A stretch of DNA of 47,730 bases from an uncultured archaeon (GCA_964632315.1 CAZWEM010000037.1:1-47730); one strand, 5' to 3'; positions 8,606 through 19,023 are shown, counted from the first letter of the stretch. Program-made: numbers and translations. Notes: a model not told the origin generated them from the letters alone.

Positions 8606-9832
8606 TCATTCACCCCACATTCTTCTCATTTCTCTCGTGATCAGATACCTCATTATTTCTGTGGTACCTGCTGAAATTTGCCCTATTTTTGCGTCTCTGT
8701 AATATCTCTCTAAAGGATATTCCTCGGAGTATCCAAGACCCCCTGCTACTTGTATGGCATCCTGAGTGATTCTAACTGTAGCATCAGCAATTCTAGCTTT
8801 AATGGCAGCCACAGTAGCTCTGACATTATGTCCTTCATCAAGTATTCGGGCTATCTGAGCAACAGCAATACGAGCTAATTCTATATCCATGTACATTTCA
8901 CTAATTTTGAAGGAAATCCCCTCAAATGAGTACAAGGGTTTTTTAAATTGAATTCGTTTCTGCGAATATTTATATGCGACTTCAAACGCACTTCGAGCTA
9001 ATCCTATATATTGAGATGCTGTGAATGTTCTTTCTCCATCAAGTCCGAATAAGAGAACGTCTAATCCTGAGTTCTCTCTGTGAAGCACATTTTCTGCTGG
9101 AACTTTACAATTGTTGAACCTCAAATGTGAATTTGGCATTCCTCTCCTTCCCATGTGTTTGAAATCCTTGACAACTTCAAAACCTGGAGTATCCGTTTCA
9201 AAGATAAACGCCGTCATTCCTTGATGTGCTTTAACTTCTGGATTTGTGATGGTATACAGGCAAATATAATCTGCTACACTTCCGTTTGTAATAAAGCATT
9301 TTTCTCCGTTCAATATATAATGATCTCCTTCTTTCTCAGCTCTTAATCTCATGCCTCCCACAGCATCAGATCCTCCAGTTGGTTCCGTTATTCCAATAGC
9401 TCCGATTTTAGTTCCATCTCCGATGCCCTTTAGATATTTCTTTTGCTGTTCAGGTGTACCAAATTCAATTACAGGTCCTGCAAATAGACAACTTGAGGCT
9501 CCAAAAATTCCCGCAATTGCGTAACTATAAGCTGTTAATTCCTCTCCCAGGATTGTGCGATAAAGTATCCCCTTTCCTTGTCCACCAGCTTCTTTTGGAA
9601 TAACCATGTCAAGATAGGGCATCTTCTTAAGAATTTCAACTGCTAAAGCCTTATCTCTATTTCGATCGATCTTTTCTGCATAGGGGCCAATATTTTTTGC
9701 ACACCAGTCACGAACCTCCATTCGAAATTCGTTTTCTTCTTTGGAGTAATAATGTAATCTATCGGGCATGCAAGAGTATCCAAATTCGATATTTAAATCT
9801 TCATAATTAATATGTCCATCCATTTTAATCAC
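8606..9832 (-). CDS. acyl-CoA dehydrogenase
   Basis: ITEPTGGSD, LNGEKCFITNG, RIQFKKPL, QVAGGLGY...YRDAKIGQISAGTTEI. Confidence 0.95.
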   Translation of the reverse strand: MIKMDGHINYEDLNIEFGYSCMPDRLHYYSKEENEFRMEVRDWCAKNIGPYAEKIDRNRDKALAVEILKKMPYLDMVIPKEAGGQGKGILYRTILGEELTAYSYAIAGIFGASSCLFAGPVIEFGTPEQQKKYLKGIGDGTKIGAIGITEPTGGSDAVGGMRLRAEKEGDHYILNGEKCFITNGSVADYICLYTITNPEVKAHQGMTAFIFETDTPGFEVVKDFKHMGRRGMPNSHLRFNNCKVPAENVLHRENSGLDVLLFGLDGERTFTASQYIGLARSAFEVAYKYSQKRIQFKKPLYSFEGISFKISEMYMDIELARIAVAQIARILDEGHNVRATVAAIKARIADATVRITQDAIQVAGGLGYSEEYPLERYYRDAKIGQISAGTTEIMRYLITREMRRMWGE

Positions 9833-9986
9833 ATTTGACTACAAATATTTTGATAAATAGTTTATTCTATTTAGATTGAATGGTTATTAACTCGTATTCT
9901 TATTTTACTCCCGTAATTGCCAATTAGTTTCTATTTAATAGATCGATCCTAATAGTTCATTTAGGGATTTCTTATGAAAGAAAAAG

Positions 9987-11177
9987 CTATTTTTCTAATA
10001 CTTTCTTAATTCTTGTCATGCAGTTCTCAAGAATAGTCTTAGGACATGCTACATTAACTCTTTGGAATCCTTCTCCTCCAGATCCGAACATCGGACCATC
10101 ATCAAGTACAACTTTTGCAATATTTAATATGCGGTTTTTTAGTTCTTCATCCCTTATTCCGGTAGGGTTAAAATCTAACCAAGCAAGATAAGTTCCTTCT
10201 GGTTCTATATATTTAACACTGGAGAGTTCTTCACTAACAAATTCCTTTAAAAATTGAAAATTCGTATTAATATAATTTAATACTTGCTCAAGCCATTCCT
10301 CTCCATCATTATAAGCCGCAACCATTGCTACAATACCAAAAGAATTTGGTATTGATATACCGTTCTTATGAGAAATGGTCTGAATAAATGATTCACGTAA
10401 TTTTAAATTAGGGATTATTATGTTAGAGATTTGTAAACCTGCTAGATTAAAAGTTTTACTTGGTGCAGTGCATAATATGGTATTCTGTTCAAATTCTTCA
10501 GATAATGTGGATAATAAAGTGTGTTTATTACCGGGAAGTATGAGATCATGGTGGATTTCATCTGAAATGATGAGAATGTCATTTTCTAAGCAAATATCAC
10601 CTATTTTTTTGAGTTCTTCTCTTTTCCAAACTCTTCCAACTGGATTGTGAGGACTACAAAGTATAAACAATTTAGATAGCGGATCTTTTGCCTTCATTTC
10701 AAAATCTTCAAAATCAAACCCGTAAGATTGATTCTCATATTTTAATTGATTTAGTGATAATATTCTACCATTCTGAGTAACTGCATCGAAAAACGGGTAA
10801 TAGACGGGTGGCTGGACGATTACTTTATCCCCTTCATTAGAAAATGTCTGAATCATCATGTTTATTGCTGGAACAATACCTGGACTATATACAATCCATT
10901 CAGGATGGATTCTCCATTGGTGTCTTCGACTCATCCAATTTATAACAGCATCAAGATACGTAGGTGTAATATGCCAGTTGTAACCATATACACCACCTTC
11001 AGCTTCCTTTTTAATAGCATCTATCACAGGCTTTGGGCACTCAAAGTCCATATCAGCAACCCATAACGGTAAAAGATCATCATCATCACTTCCGAAAAAC
11101 TTTTTGAGTGCTAAATTACTCCACTTTAGGGAAAACGAATTCTTTCGATTGATAATCCTATCAAAATTGTATATCAT
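9987..11177 (-). CDS. MalY/PatB family PLP-dependent enzyme (cystathionine beta-lyase-like)
   Basis: PLWVADMDF, CSPHNPVGRVW, SDEIHHD, APSKTFNLAG, EGTYLAWLD. Confidence 0.93.
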   Translation of the reverse strand: MIYNFDRIINRKNSFSLKWSNLALKKFFGSDDDDLLPLWVADMDFECPKPVIDAIKKEAEGGVYGYNWHITPTYLDAVINWMSRRHQWRIHPEWIVYSPGIVPAINMMIQTFSNEGDKVIVQPPVYYPFFDAVTQNGRILSLNQLKYENQSYGFDFEDFEMKAKDPLSKLFILCSPHNPVGRVWKREELKKIGDICLENDILIISDEIHHDLILPGNKHTLLSTLSEEFEQNTILCTAPSKTFNLAGLQISNIIIPNLKLRESFIQTISHKNGISIPNSFGIVAMVAAYNDGEEWLEQVLNYINTNFQFLKEFVSEELSSVKYIEPEGTYLAWLDFNPTGIRDEELKNRILNIAKVVLDDGPMFGSGGEGFQRVNVACPKTILENCMTRIKKVLEK

Positions 11178-11253
11178 TATTAATTAAAAGATCCTTACCT
11201 GTTTAACTATTTAATTTATTAATGAACAATATTTTTTTCGATAAAAAAAAATT

Positions 11254-11715
11254 CTATAATCTATTTAGAATAAAATGTGGCAATTTGCCTTCATTCACCA
11301 TAATATTTATCAAATTAGGTACGCTGTTCCATTGCTGAACACATAATTTGAATTCTTCTTCTGTGATCTCTTTAAATAGAGGTGATCTAAAAATTACCAT
11401 TCCTGCTGAACTAGTTATCAAATGCTTTATTTTATCACAAGGGAACTCATTACATTGAGCAAAACTTTCAAAGCCTTTATTTCGTGCACAAGGTCTAGCT
11501 TTACATTGTTTATCTGCAATTTTATCTCCCTCACTCTTACATCCTTCACATTTCACATTCTCAGCTGTATAATGTTCATGACCGAGATATTTTCGCCATG
11601 CTTCAATCATTTTCTGTCGAATATTTATATCCTCAGAGCGAGCAGCACATAAATAGCAATTATAACCACAATAGCCAATCATTTTATCTTTTTTATTATT
11701 CATAATTTTTAACAC
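11254..11715 (-). CDS. DUF3795-like Cys-rich protein
   Basis: YCGYNCYLC...CEGC...CKARPC...QCNEFPC. Confidence 0.8.
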   Translation of the reverse strand: MLKIMNNKKDKMIGYCGYNCYLCAARSEDINIRQKMIEAWRKYLGHEHYTAENVKCEGCKSEGDKIADKQCKARPCARNKGFESFAQCNEFPCDKIKHLITSSAGMVIFRSPLFKEITEEEFKLCVQQWNSVPNLINIMVNEGKLPHFILNRL

Positions 11716-11934
11716 TAAATAGAATTAAATTAATACCCCTAATAAATTAGTTTTTATTAGGTTGAATTAATTGGTATTAGATGAAGAATGATGAATAAAG
11801 TTGCCATTATCGGCTTTGAATACTTATTATTTTACATCATTTTTATTGGTTCGGTGATTTCAGAATGTTTCAATAATTTCAGATTGAAATAATAAAAAAA
11901 ATATTAATTAATCCCTTCTATGGGAAGAAAAATA

Positions 11935-12756
11935 TTATTTTGTATCAAAATTTTTATCAAATCCTTTAGAAGATAAGCTGAGCATGCGCTTTGCAACAAA
12001 AGTCTTCACTGGGTTCACCTTTGTTTCATAAAAGAAAAATTCCTTGTCCTTATAGAAATTATAATCCGCAGGAAAATAATGTTTGTTCCGTTCCGATGTG
12101 GTTTTAAACGCTTGAAACCACAAGACATTCCAAAACGCGGGTGGAAGCGGTTTGTCAGACTTGAGTGCTCTATAAAATTTAAGGGATACTTTTTGAATAT
12201 TTCGAGTAATCTTTTTTTCATATTTGGGCTTGTATTTAAACGGAGGTGTTTTTACGCCCAGTTTAGACACCAGATAACCACCTCCCATGGTATTAGAAAG
12301 GGCTTTAAGAGTTGGTTTAATCCCAACTTCACCAGCAGTTACTAGTAACATGAGCTTTTGATTGACGTATTTTGGACGGTGAAGTGTGTATGCAAACCTA
12401 TCCATAAAGTTTTTCATCAACCCGGTTACATTCATAGAATAAACAGGTGAAACAAGAATAATACCGTTAGAAGCAAGAATTCGATTCTCGATATCGGCTC
12501 GAGAATCCTTCAAGGGACATTTGTCCTCACCACGAGGAATACAAGTGAAAAATCCCCTACACATTTCTAGATTGGCATCCCTCAGGAAGATGTAATTGAA
12601 TTCTAAATCCACTTTTCCCTTTTTATCATTATTGGCAAAAGATTTTAGGTGATTTTCTACTTGTTGAGTAATTTTGTAACTATTTCCTTTTTTCGGACTG
12701 CCAATTATGGCAAGAACTTTAATTATCTTATTTCCTTTTTCATTTATTTTATTCAT
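11935..12756 (-). CDS. flavodoxin-family NAD(P)H-dependent FMN reductase (iron-sulfur flavoprotein-like)
   Basis: IIGSPKKGNS, CRGFFTC...CPLKD, SPVYSMNVTGLMKNFMDR. Confidence 0.88.
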   Translation of the reverse strand: MNKINEKGNKIIKVLAIIGSPKKGNSYKITQQVENHLKSFANNDKKGKVDLEFNYIFLRDANLEMCRGFFTCIPRGEDKCPLKDSRADIENRILASNGIILVSPVYSMNVTGLMKNFMDRFAYTLHRPKYVNQKLMLLVTAGEVGIKPTLKALSNTMGGGYLVSKLGVKTPPFKYKPKYEKKITRNIQKVSLKFYRALKSDKPLPPAFWNVLWFQAFKTTSERNKHYFPADYNFYKDKEFFFYETKVNPVKTFVAKRMLSLSSKGFDKNFDTK

Positions 12757-12832
12757 TTATATTCATCTTTTTTGTTTATTTAGGTATACTAGAGAAGGAT
12801 GTTCTGACACCTTTATGTAATGTAAATCATAT

Positions 12833-13030
12833 CTAGCCCGATTTATGTAAATCTATCATTAATTCTCCTCCAAATCCGGCGTTTTCAGGAGAATTCTCTT
12901 TTATAAATACTACATATGCACGTCGATCAAGTTTATAAGCATTCTCTAGAGCATCTGTAACTTCTTTAACTAAAGTTCTTTTAACTTCAATATCTTTTAT
13001 AACTGGTCCATCTATTACAACATTTGGCAT
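12833..13030 (-). CDS. 4-oxalocrotonate tautomerase family protein
   Basis: 65 aa; Pro after Met (catalytic Pro1); KRTLVKEVT...VFIKENSPENAGFGG; GAGGT upstream. Confidence 0.88.
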   Translation of the reverse strand: MPNVVIDGPVIKDIEVKRTLVKEVTDALENAYKLDRRAYVVFIKENSPENAGFGGELMIDLHKSG

Positions 13031-13217
13031 AACTTTAACCTCTTTTTTTTATTTTTGAATAATATTTTTATTTTTAAATTATATACAGATTGGGGCTCTA
13101 ATAAGAGCATGTTCGCTAGTAAGGAAATAGTTATTAAAAGGAGTAAATAGACCTTAGTTAAGAAGAGAGTAGATTTATTATGGGAATTATATAATCTAAA
13201 AACAAAAAAGAGACAAC

Positions 13218-13244
13218 TTTCCCATTTTTACACTAAATGGGAAA
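13218..13244. promoter_or_regulatory. 10-bp inverted repeat (possible operator or hairpin)
   Basis: TTTCCCATTT-N7-AAATGGGAAA between the Lrp-type regulator and the tautomerase gene. Confidence 0.45.
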
Positions 13245-13314
13245 TGAATGCAAACAACAACTATCTTATTTTTTTCTTGTTGGGTGAGAAATGGAAATAA
13301 ATTTTATAATTGTC

Positions 13315-14196
13315 TCATTTAGTTCGAAGTAATTGATCTATCCAACAATCATAGTAATATCCGTTTAAAAAAATATGTGGGATAACATCCTTGAAGTCCA
13401 TATCTTTTAGTTCTTCTTGAACTTTATGTGAGTCTTCAGCATTTTTTGCCCAACTAAGCATTGTAATTAAGTGAGGAATATTGGAATAACTATAGCAGTA
13501 AGCAATATTCTGAGCAAAGTTCTCGAGAAGATATTTAATTGTTGAGTTTATATCAGTTCCTTTGTTTAAAGTTAGGTGAAAAACCGTCACAAAACTCTCT
13601 TTATGTGGATACCATTGGATACGAAACGTGACCAATTGATTTTCAATCATGTAATCTAACCTTGTTCTAACAGTTTTAGCAGAAATCCCTACATCATCAG
13701 CGATATCCGTAATTGATTTTCTTGCATCTCTATTTAATGATTTTAATATTTTATAATCAATACTTGTTAATGATTCTGGGATTGTTATGTATGGAATATT
13801 GATAATTCCTATAGTTGGTTCACTTATCCAAGCAGTTTCTGAAACATAAGTACTAAGATCCTGAAGCTCTGATATGTTTCTTAAAAATGCAGAAATATAA
13901 ATAAACTTATCCCCTGTAATACCGATATATCTAACACTCTCATGTTGTCCAACCTCTTTACTTACTACATCCATCGATTTTGCTTTCGAAGTACCAAAAA
14001 TTAAAACAAAAATTGATTTTAATGCAATCAAACTAGGACGTGCTATATAAGCACCAATAATCCCATAATCTTCAAGTCTTCTTATACGTTTATGTATGCT
14101 GCTGACCGATAAATTACACATATCAGCTAGTTCTCTGTAAGTTATGCGAGAATTTTCTAATAAATTTCTAAAAATATATAGGTCAGTTTCATCCAT
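13315..14196 (-). CDS. Lrp/AsnC family regulator with two tandem HTH modules
   Basis: MDETD...NSRITYRELA...SIHKRIRRL and LTSIDYKIL...DARKSITDIADDVGISAKTVRTRL. Confidence 0.9.
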   Translation of the reverse strand: MDETDLYIFRNLLENSRITYRELADMCNLSVSSIHKRIRRLEDYGIIGAYIARPSLIALKSIFVLIFGTSKAKSMDVVSKEVGQHESVRYIGITGDKFIYISAFLRNISELQDLSTYVSETAWISEPTIGIINIPYITIPESLTSIDYKILKSLNRDARKSITDIADDVGISAKTVRTRLDYMIENQLVTFRIQWYPHKESFVTVFHLTLNKGTDINSTIKYLLENFAQNIAYCYSYSNIPHLITMLSWAKNAEDSHKVQEELKDMDFKDVIPHIFLNGYYYDCWIDQLLRTK

Positions 14197-14335
14197 AATA
14201 TCTATTTTTGATGTCTTGGTTTAAAAGATTTTAGCTAAAAGAGATAATTTAAACTTTATAGCTAAATAATTTTTATTAAAAATTGAGAATACTAATATTT
14301 ATACTCTTTTATGGTTAGAATTTAGGTGAAGATAT

Positions 14336-15559
14336 TTGAATAAAGTTGCTATCATTGGAGTCGGGCATACTAAATTTGGACGTTTACCCGACAAAAATCT
14401 CATGGATTTATTGTCAGAAGCATCCCTTCAAGTGATAAACGATTCCAATACTCAAGATGAGGTCTTTGATTCTGTTTACGTTGGTGCAATGAGCCCAAGT
14501 GTATATAATAATATGAATGGAATAGCTAGTGCCCTAGTTGATAAGATAGGCTTGATCCCGGCTGCTGCAGATCATATTAAAAATGGTCCCGCAAGTGGAG
14601 GATCTGCTATTAAAGCAGGTTTTCAAGCAATCAGCTCTGGTCTTGATGATCTAGTATTGGTATGCGGTGGTGAAAAGATGACACACATTGACACTCCTGG
14701 CTTCGTTACCTCAAATGTCGCAACTTTAACCCATCCTGATGCGGAAAGACGACATGGAATCTCTCTTCCAGCACTTGCAGGAATGCTGGCCACAGCATAT
14801 CTTGACAAATATGAAGCAAGCATTGATTGGATTTCTGATGTTTCAATTAAAAACCATGAGAATGGCACCTTAAATCCAAACGCACATTTTCAGAGAAGTA
14901 TTGAAGATTTCATGAAGAGTGCTATTAAGAAAGGAAAAGGTTCTTGGAAAAATGTTTATGAATTCTTGAGAGATGATAAAACTAATCCTATTATCGCTGA
15001 TCCGTTAAGATTATTTCATGTTTGCCCAATTTCAGATGGAGCTGCTGCTTTAGTAATGTGTAATGCGGAAAAGGCGAAAAGTTATACTGATAATCCAATC
15101 CTCATTTCTGGTATAGGACAAGCAACTGATACGCACATTGTTTTTGAACGTGAAGATTTAACAACCTTGACAGCATTAAAAACTGCATCCAAGAAAGCAT
15201 ATCATATGGCTAAAAAGACTCCTGAAGATATAGATGTAGCAGAACTTCATGATGCCTTCGAAATCCTTGAAGTGGTGCAAAGTGAAGATATTGGATTCTT
15301 CAGAAAAGGAGAGGGCGCCAAAGCGGCCCATGAAGGATTAACCAAAATCGGCGGAAAGATTCCCATCAATCCTTCAGGAGGACTGAAATCGCGTGGACAT
15401 CCTCTTGGTGCTACTGGAGTGGCTCAAGTAGTAGAACTATTTTGGCAGTTAAGAGAAGAAGCTGGAAAAAGACAAGTTGAAGGAGCAGAGACTGGAATTA
15501 CTTGCAACTTTGGTGGATTTGGTAACAACATAATATCAATTTTATTAGAGAGGATGTGA
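14336..15559 (+). CDS. thiolase-domain protein, SCP2/archaeal type
   Basis: VAIIGVGHTKFG, CPISDGAAA, ELHDAF, NPSGGLKSRGHPLGATG; TTG start after GGTGA. Confidence 0.9.
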   Translation: MNKVAIIGVGHTKFGRLPDKNLMDLLSEASLQVINDSNTQDEVFDSVYVGAMSPSVYNNMNGIASALVDKIGLIPAAADHIKNGPASGGSAIKAGFQAISSGLDDLVLVCGGEKMTHIDTPGFVTSNVATLTHPDAERRHGISLPALAGMLATAYLDKYEASIDWISDVSIKNHENGTLNPNAHFQRSIEDFMKSAIKKGKGSWKNVYEFLRDDKTNPIIADPLRLFHVCPISDGAAALVMCNAEKAKSYTDNPILISGIGQATDTHIVFEREDLTTLTALKTASKKAYHMAKKTPEDIDVAELHDAFEILEVVQSEDIGFFRKGEGAKAAHEGLTKIGGKIPINPSGGLKSRGHPLGATGVAQVVELFWQLREEAGKRQVEGAETGITCNFGGFGNNIISILLERM

Positions 15560-15603
15560 ATATTGTCACAAGCTTCTTACTCCTCTACACATGAGAGATA
15601 AAC

Positions 15604-16269
15604 TTAATCAATTATTTTATATTGAAGCTCAGTACCATTTCTATCAAAACATTTAATGTTAAATAGGCTGTAAGGATATCCTACTATAAAATTGAACCTA
15701 TATCCTTTAAAAACGCTATTTAAATCTTGCAAGGATGGAATGATAACTCCAGATGGATGTGAATGAATAGACCCTTGATATGATCGGTTAACTGGAATTC
15801 TTATCGGATTGAATATTCCCGAATTTCTATTAGTAACGGCACCTGGGGGTAGTATATATTCAGTAAATACATTTTTTTCCATTTTAAGGATTCCCAGGGA
15901 TTCACTTGGATGATGGTCTCGAGATAAGGCTAAAAAACCAAGTAATAACTCCCTTTTTACTTTAACAATATTTGATTGGAGATCCTTCAAAATAGATTGA
16001 ATTTCATTAATAACAGCTAAAATTGAGCTATTCCTATTCCTTTTCCAATTTTTTAAACCATCAATATCATTATTTAATTTCTTATAGACTTTTCCAGATT
16101 GATTAAAAAGCTTAACTTTAGGTTTTTTAGGATACTTGGTAAAATCTATTTCTAAGGTGATTCCTTTAATTAATTCGATTTTAATGTGTGAGATTTCATC
16201 ATTAACAAGTATCACGTTAGGAAAATTCTCGACTATTGATTTATATTGAGATAAAATCTCTTCACTCAT
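15604..16269 (-). CDS. JAMM/MPN+ metalloprotease with N-terminal UBC/RWD-like domain
   Basis: C-terminal E...GSIHSHPSG...PSLQD JAMM motif; N-terminal LEIDFTKYPKKPKV resembles the YPxxP motif of E2/UEV/RWD folds. Confidence 0.8.
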   Translation of the reverse strand: MSEEILSQYKSIVENFPNVILVNDEISHIKIELIKGITLEIDFTKYPKKPKVKLFNQSGKVYKKLNNDIDGLKNWKRNRNSSILAVINEIQSILKDLQSNIVKVKRELLLGFLALSRDHHPSESLGILKMEKNVFTEYILPPGAVTNRNSGIFNPIRIPVNRSYQGSIHSHPSGVIIPSLQDLNSVFKGYRFNFIVGYPYSLFNIKCFDRNGTELQYKIID

Positions 16270-16512
16270 CGGGGATTAAAAAGTTCAAGATTAAAATAAT
16301 TTTATGCTAATTTTTTTCCAATTAACAAGATAACATTTTATTTTATATCGAATGCTTCCAATTGAATTAATTTTTTTTGAATAAAATAAATAATTATTTG
16401 ACCTAAGTTATGTTTTAGCTAATCTTTAAATTTTTATTCACTATTTTTGTTTTAGATATTGTATAATTGAATCTTAATTTTTTAAATGGATTAATTTCAT
16501 TAGAATAAATTT

Positions 16513-17058
16513 ATGCTTGACCAAGATATATACAAGTTTAAAATCGTGTTAATTGGGAATGGTGGTGTAGGGAAAACCTCCTTAATTAGACGCTTTACTC
16601 AAGACACGTTTCAAAAACAATACATTAAAACTATTGGGGCTCAATTTTCTTTACATCACAAAGAAATTGAAAACGATCAAGTCTCTTTGATTCTTTGGGA
16701 CATTGCTGGCCAAGATAAATTCAATTTTATGCGAGCTTTATTTTATAAAGACACTAAGGCTGCTGTAATAGTTTACAGCCTAGAAATGAACAAGATGGGT
16801 AAAAAAAGTTTAGAAGATGTGAAGATCTGGTATGAAGATCTAACCAAACATTGTGGAAACATACCAATAGCGGTATTTGCCAATAAAGTGGATATTGCGT
16901 ATGAAAATGTCGTGGACATTGATATGGTAAAAAAAATCATTGATAATGGCAACAACGAATTTTTAGGTTATTTTGTCACCTCAGCAAAAACGGGGCAAGG
17001 TGTAAATTCTGCTTTTGGATCTATTTATGAGCAGATGTATTATAAATTTCGCTATTAA
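16513..17058 (+). CDS. Rab-like small GTPase
   Basis: GNGGVGKTS, YIKTIG, WDIAGQ, NKVD, TSAK. Confidence 0.95.
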   Translation: MLDQDIYKFKIVLIGNGGVGKTSLIRRFTQDTFQKQYIKTIGAQFSLHHKEIENDQVSLILWDIAGQDKFNFMRALFYKDTKAAVIVYSLEMNKMGKKSLEDVKIWYEDLTKHCGNIPIAVFANKVDIAYENVVDIDMVKKIIDNGNNEFLGYFVTSAKTGQGVNSAFGSIYEQMYYKFRY

Positions 17059-17082
17059 AAAATTAATTAAGAATTAAAAAAC

Positions 17083-19023
17083 TCAATTATCTTCTAATTC
17101 CTCTAATTCCTGTATGAAAGGAGCAGTAATCGCAAGCCACTTGGTTTTTTCATCTTTAATTATTTTACTTTCTTCAATTGCTTGCTTTCCCCTAATCAAG
17201 GCTTCCATTGCTATGGATTTATGTCCCAAATTTTTATGACAAATCCCATATTTTATATAAGTTTGGAATAAATACCATTCTTTTTTGCCCAGATTTATCA
17301 CTTTCTCAAAAGCATTCACTGCCATCTCATACTCGCCAAATGTCATCAAAATTTCCCCATAAGTATCATGTAAGGAAGGATTTTTCTCATCTTCATTGAT
17401 TAATTCCCTGATTACACTAATAGCTTCTTCTTTTCGATCTAAATATGAAAGCCAATATGCTTTATACTTGAGAAGATCTTGGTTTTCTGGGTCTTCGTCC
17501 AGCAAACTTTCAATTATTGCAAGACCACTTTCAATTTCTCTATTCTCCTTTAGAACGTATGCTTTTTTAATTAATAAATCTCTCTTTTCCACAGGAAATA
17601 ACTTCATCATTTGATCATACATGTTATTTAATTCACTAAATCTATTGAAATACAATAATAAATTTTCTTTAGAACGATACAATTCAATATTTTTTGGCTC
17701 TAATTTTATCTGTTCCTCGATTTGAACGATTTTATCTTCAAGATTTATATCTGCTTCAAGTTCTACTTCTAATACTTTAAGATTTTTAACTTCTCTCCAA
17801 ATTAATCCTTTAAGTTTATCTGAAGGCCCTCGATATTCTTTCTTACTTTCAAACTTATACGCTAAATGTTGAATATATGATGGTAATAATTTTTCTAAGG
17901 ACCTACGCAGGCCTTCATCAAAATTTATCCCACAAACATTATCTAATATTGATCTACTGATTGTATCTAGATTAAAGGAAAAATTTTGTTCCCTCTCATA
18001 GAGCCTGTTTAGATAAGTAAATTTAGCGATTTGTTCTTCTACAGTAGCTCTCAATATTTTTTCCAACTTATCATTTTCTTGAAAGAAATAACAAAATCCT
18101 TCATCTTCTAATTTAAAGAATTTTGTAGGATACCATGATTGTTCACTGAAACATTTATCCACAATTTGTAAAATAGAGAAATCTAATATAGCAGGTTCAA
18201 TATCATACTTTTTTGCAAACTCCTCTCTTGAGGTATGATTAGGAAATTGTTTTGGATGATTAAGTGAAAGGAATAATAGGATCTTATAAAAATCTATTTC
18301 ATCCTTTAGGATGGAATTTACCTTCCCATATGGTAATTTCAATATATTGTTTAAAAAACGAAACCGCAGCTCATCATCCTCGATATTATACCCATCAAAG
18401 AATTTAATTGTCTTTTCCGTTAAATCTTGAATACGTTCACTTTCAGAATCCAATATAGATTGGCGATCTAATTCATACTTTTTAAGCATTCTTGAGTATT
18501 CAGATTTTCCTAAGCGTGTAATGCTATAACGCTTTTTATCTTCATCTTTATGTATAAACTCATTTTCCGGAATCATTAAATCATTTAGAGCTTTTGATAA
18601 TGAAGATTGGTTTATGGAAACTGGTTCTTTCAGAAAATCACTCCATTGCAGAAAATTATTATTATATGCCATCCAGAGGATCCAATCTTCATAATTACGT
18701 CCCGATCGCAACATTTGGTAAGGGGGATAATTAACCTTTCTCTTCCTGCTTTTTAATTGCGATAATTCGTAGAAACGATCCCTTCCTTCTGAAGTAATAC
18801 GATATTCATTATATTCACTATGATCCACTTGTTCTTTTTCTGTAAGGTCTTTAAGATAAAGTGATAAAGTTGAGGGCTTGATCACTTTCTTAAGATCTGC
18901 CCAACTACAACTTTCATTGTTGTTAAGCATCCAGAGTATTATTAATTCAAAGTCAGGTTTTCCAAAAATTGGTTTTGATATTTCCTTAGGAGGATAATTT
19001 ATCGGCGAATCCATGAGTATCAT
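17083..19023 (-). CDS. tandem winged-helix-like N-terminus plus C-terminal TPR protein
   Basis: Two N-terminal repeats (NYPP...ILWM.NN....W.D...LS..L.DL...Y.IT..G) and TPR-like helices (HDTYGEILMTFGEYEMAVNAFEKVI). Confidence 0.75.
   Translation of the reverse strand: MILMDSPINYPPKEISKPIFGKPDFELIILWMLNNNESCSWADLKKVIKPSTLSLYLKDLTEKEQVDHSEYNEYRITSEGRDRFYELSQLKSRKRKVNYPPYQMLRSGRNYEDWILWMAYNNNFLQWSDFLKEPVSINQSSLSKALNDLMIPENEFIHKDEDKKRYSITRLGKSEYSRMLKKYELDRQSILDSESERIQDLTEKTIKFFDGYNIEDDELRFRFLNNILKLPYGKVNSILKDEIDFYKILLFLSLNHPKQFPNHTSREEFAKKYDIEPAILDFSILQIVDKCFSEQSWYPTKFFKLEDEGFCYFFQENDKLEKILRATVEEQIAKFTYLNRLYEREQNFSFNLDTISRSILDNVCGINFDEGLRRSLEKLLPSYIQHLAYKFESKKEYRGPSDKLKGLIWREVKNLKVLEVELEADINLEDKIVQIEEQIKLEPKNIELYRSKENLLLYFNRFSELNNMYDQMMKLFPVEKRDLLIKKAYVLKENREIESGLAIIESLLDEDPENQDLLKYKAYWLSYLDRKEEAISVIRELINEDEKNPSLHDTYGEILMTFGEYEMAVNAFEKVINLGKKEWYLFQTYIKYGICHKNLGHKSIAMEALIRGKQAIEESKIIKDEKTKWLAITAPFIQELEELEDN

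Noticed and set aside
1896-10650. Short alternative-frame or antisense ORFs (1896, 5278, 6750, 7359, 7408, 8364, 9155, 10420)
   Set aside because: They lie within or across well-supported genes and have no motifs; treated as shadow ORFs.
13031-13314. Leu-rich open frame on the minus strand of the spacer
   Set aside because: No convincing start codon or RBS ahead of the Leu-rich part; explained by base composition.
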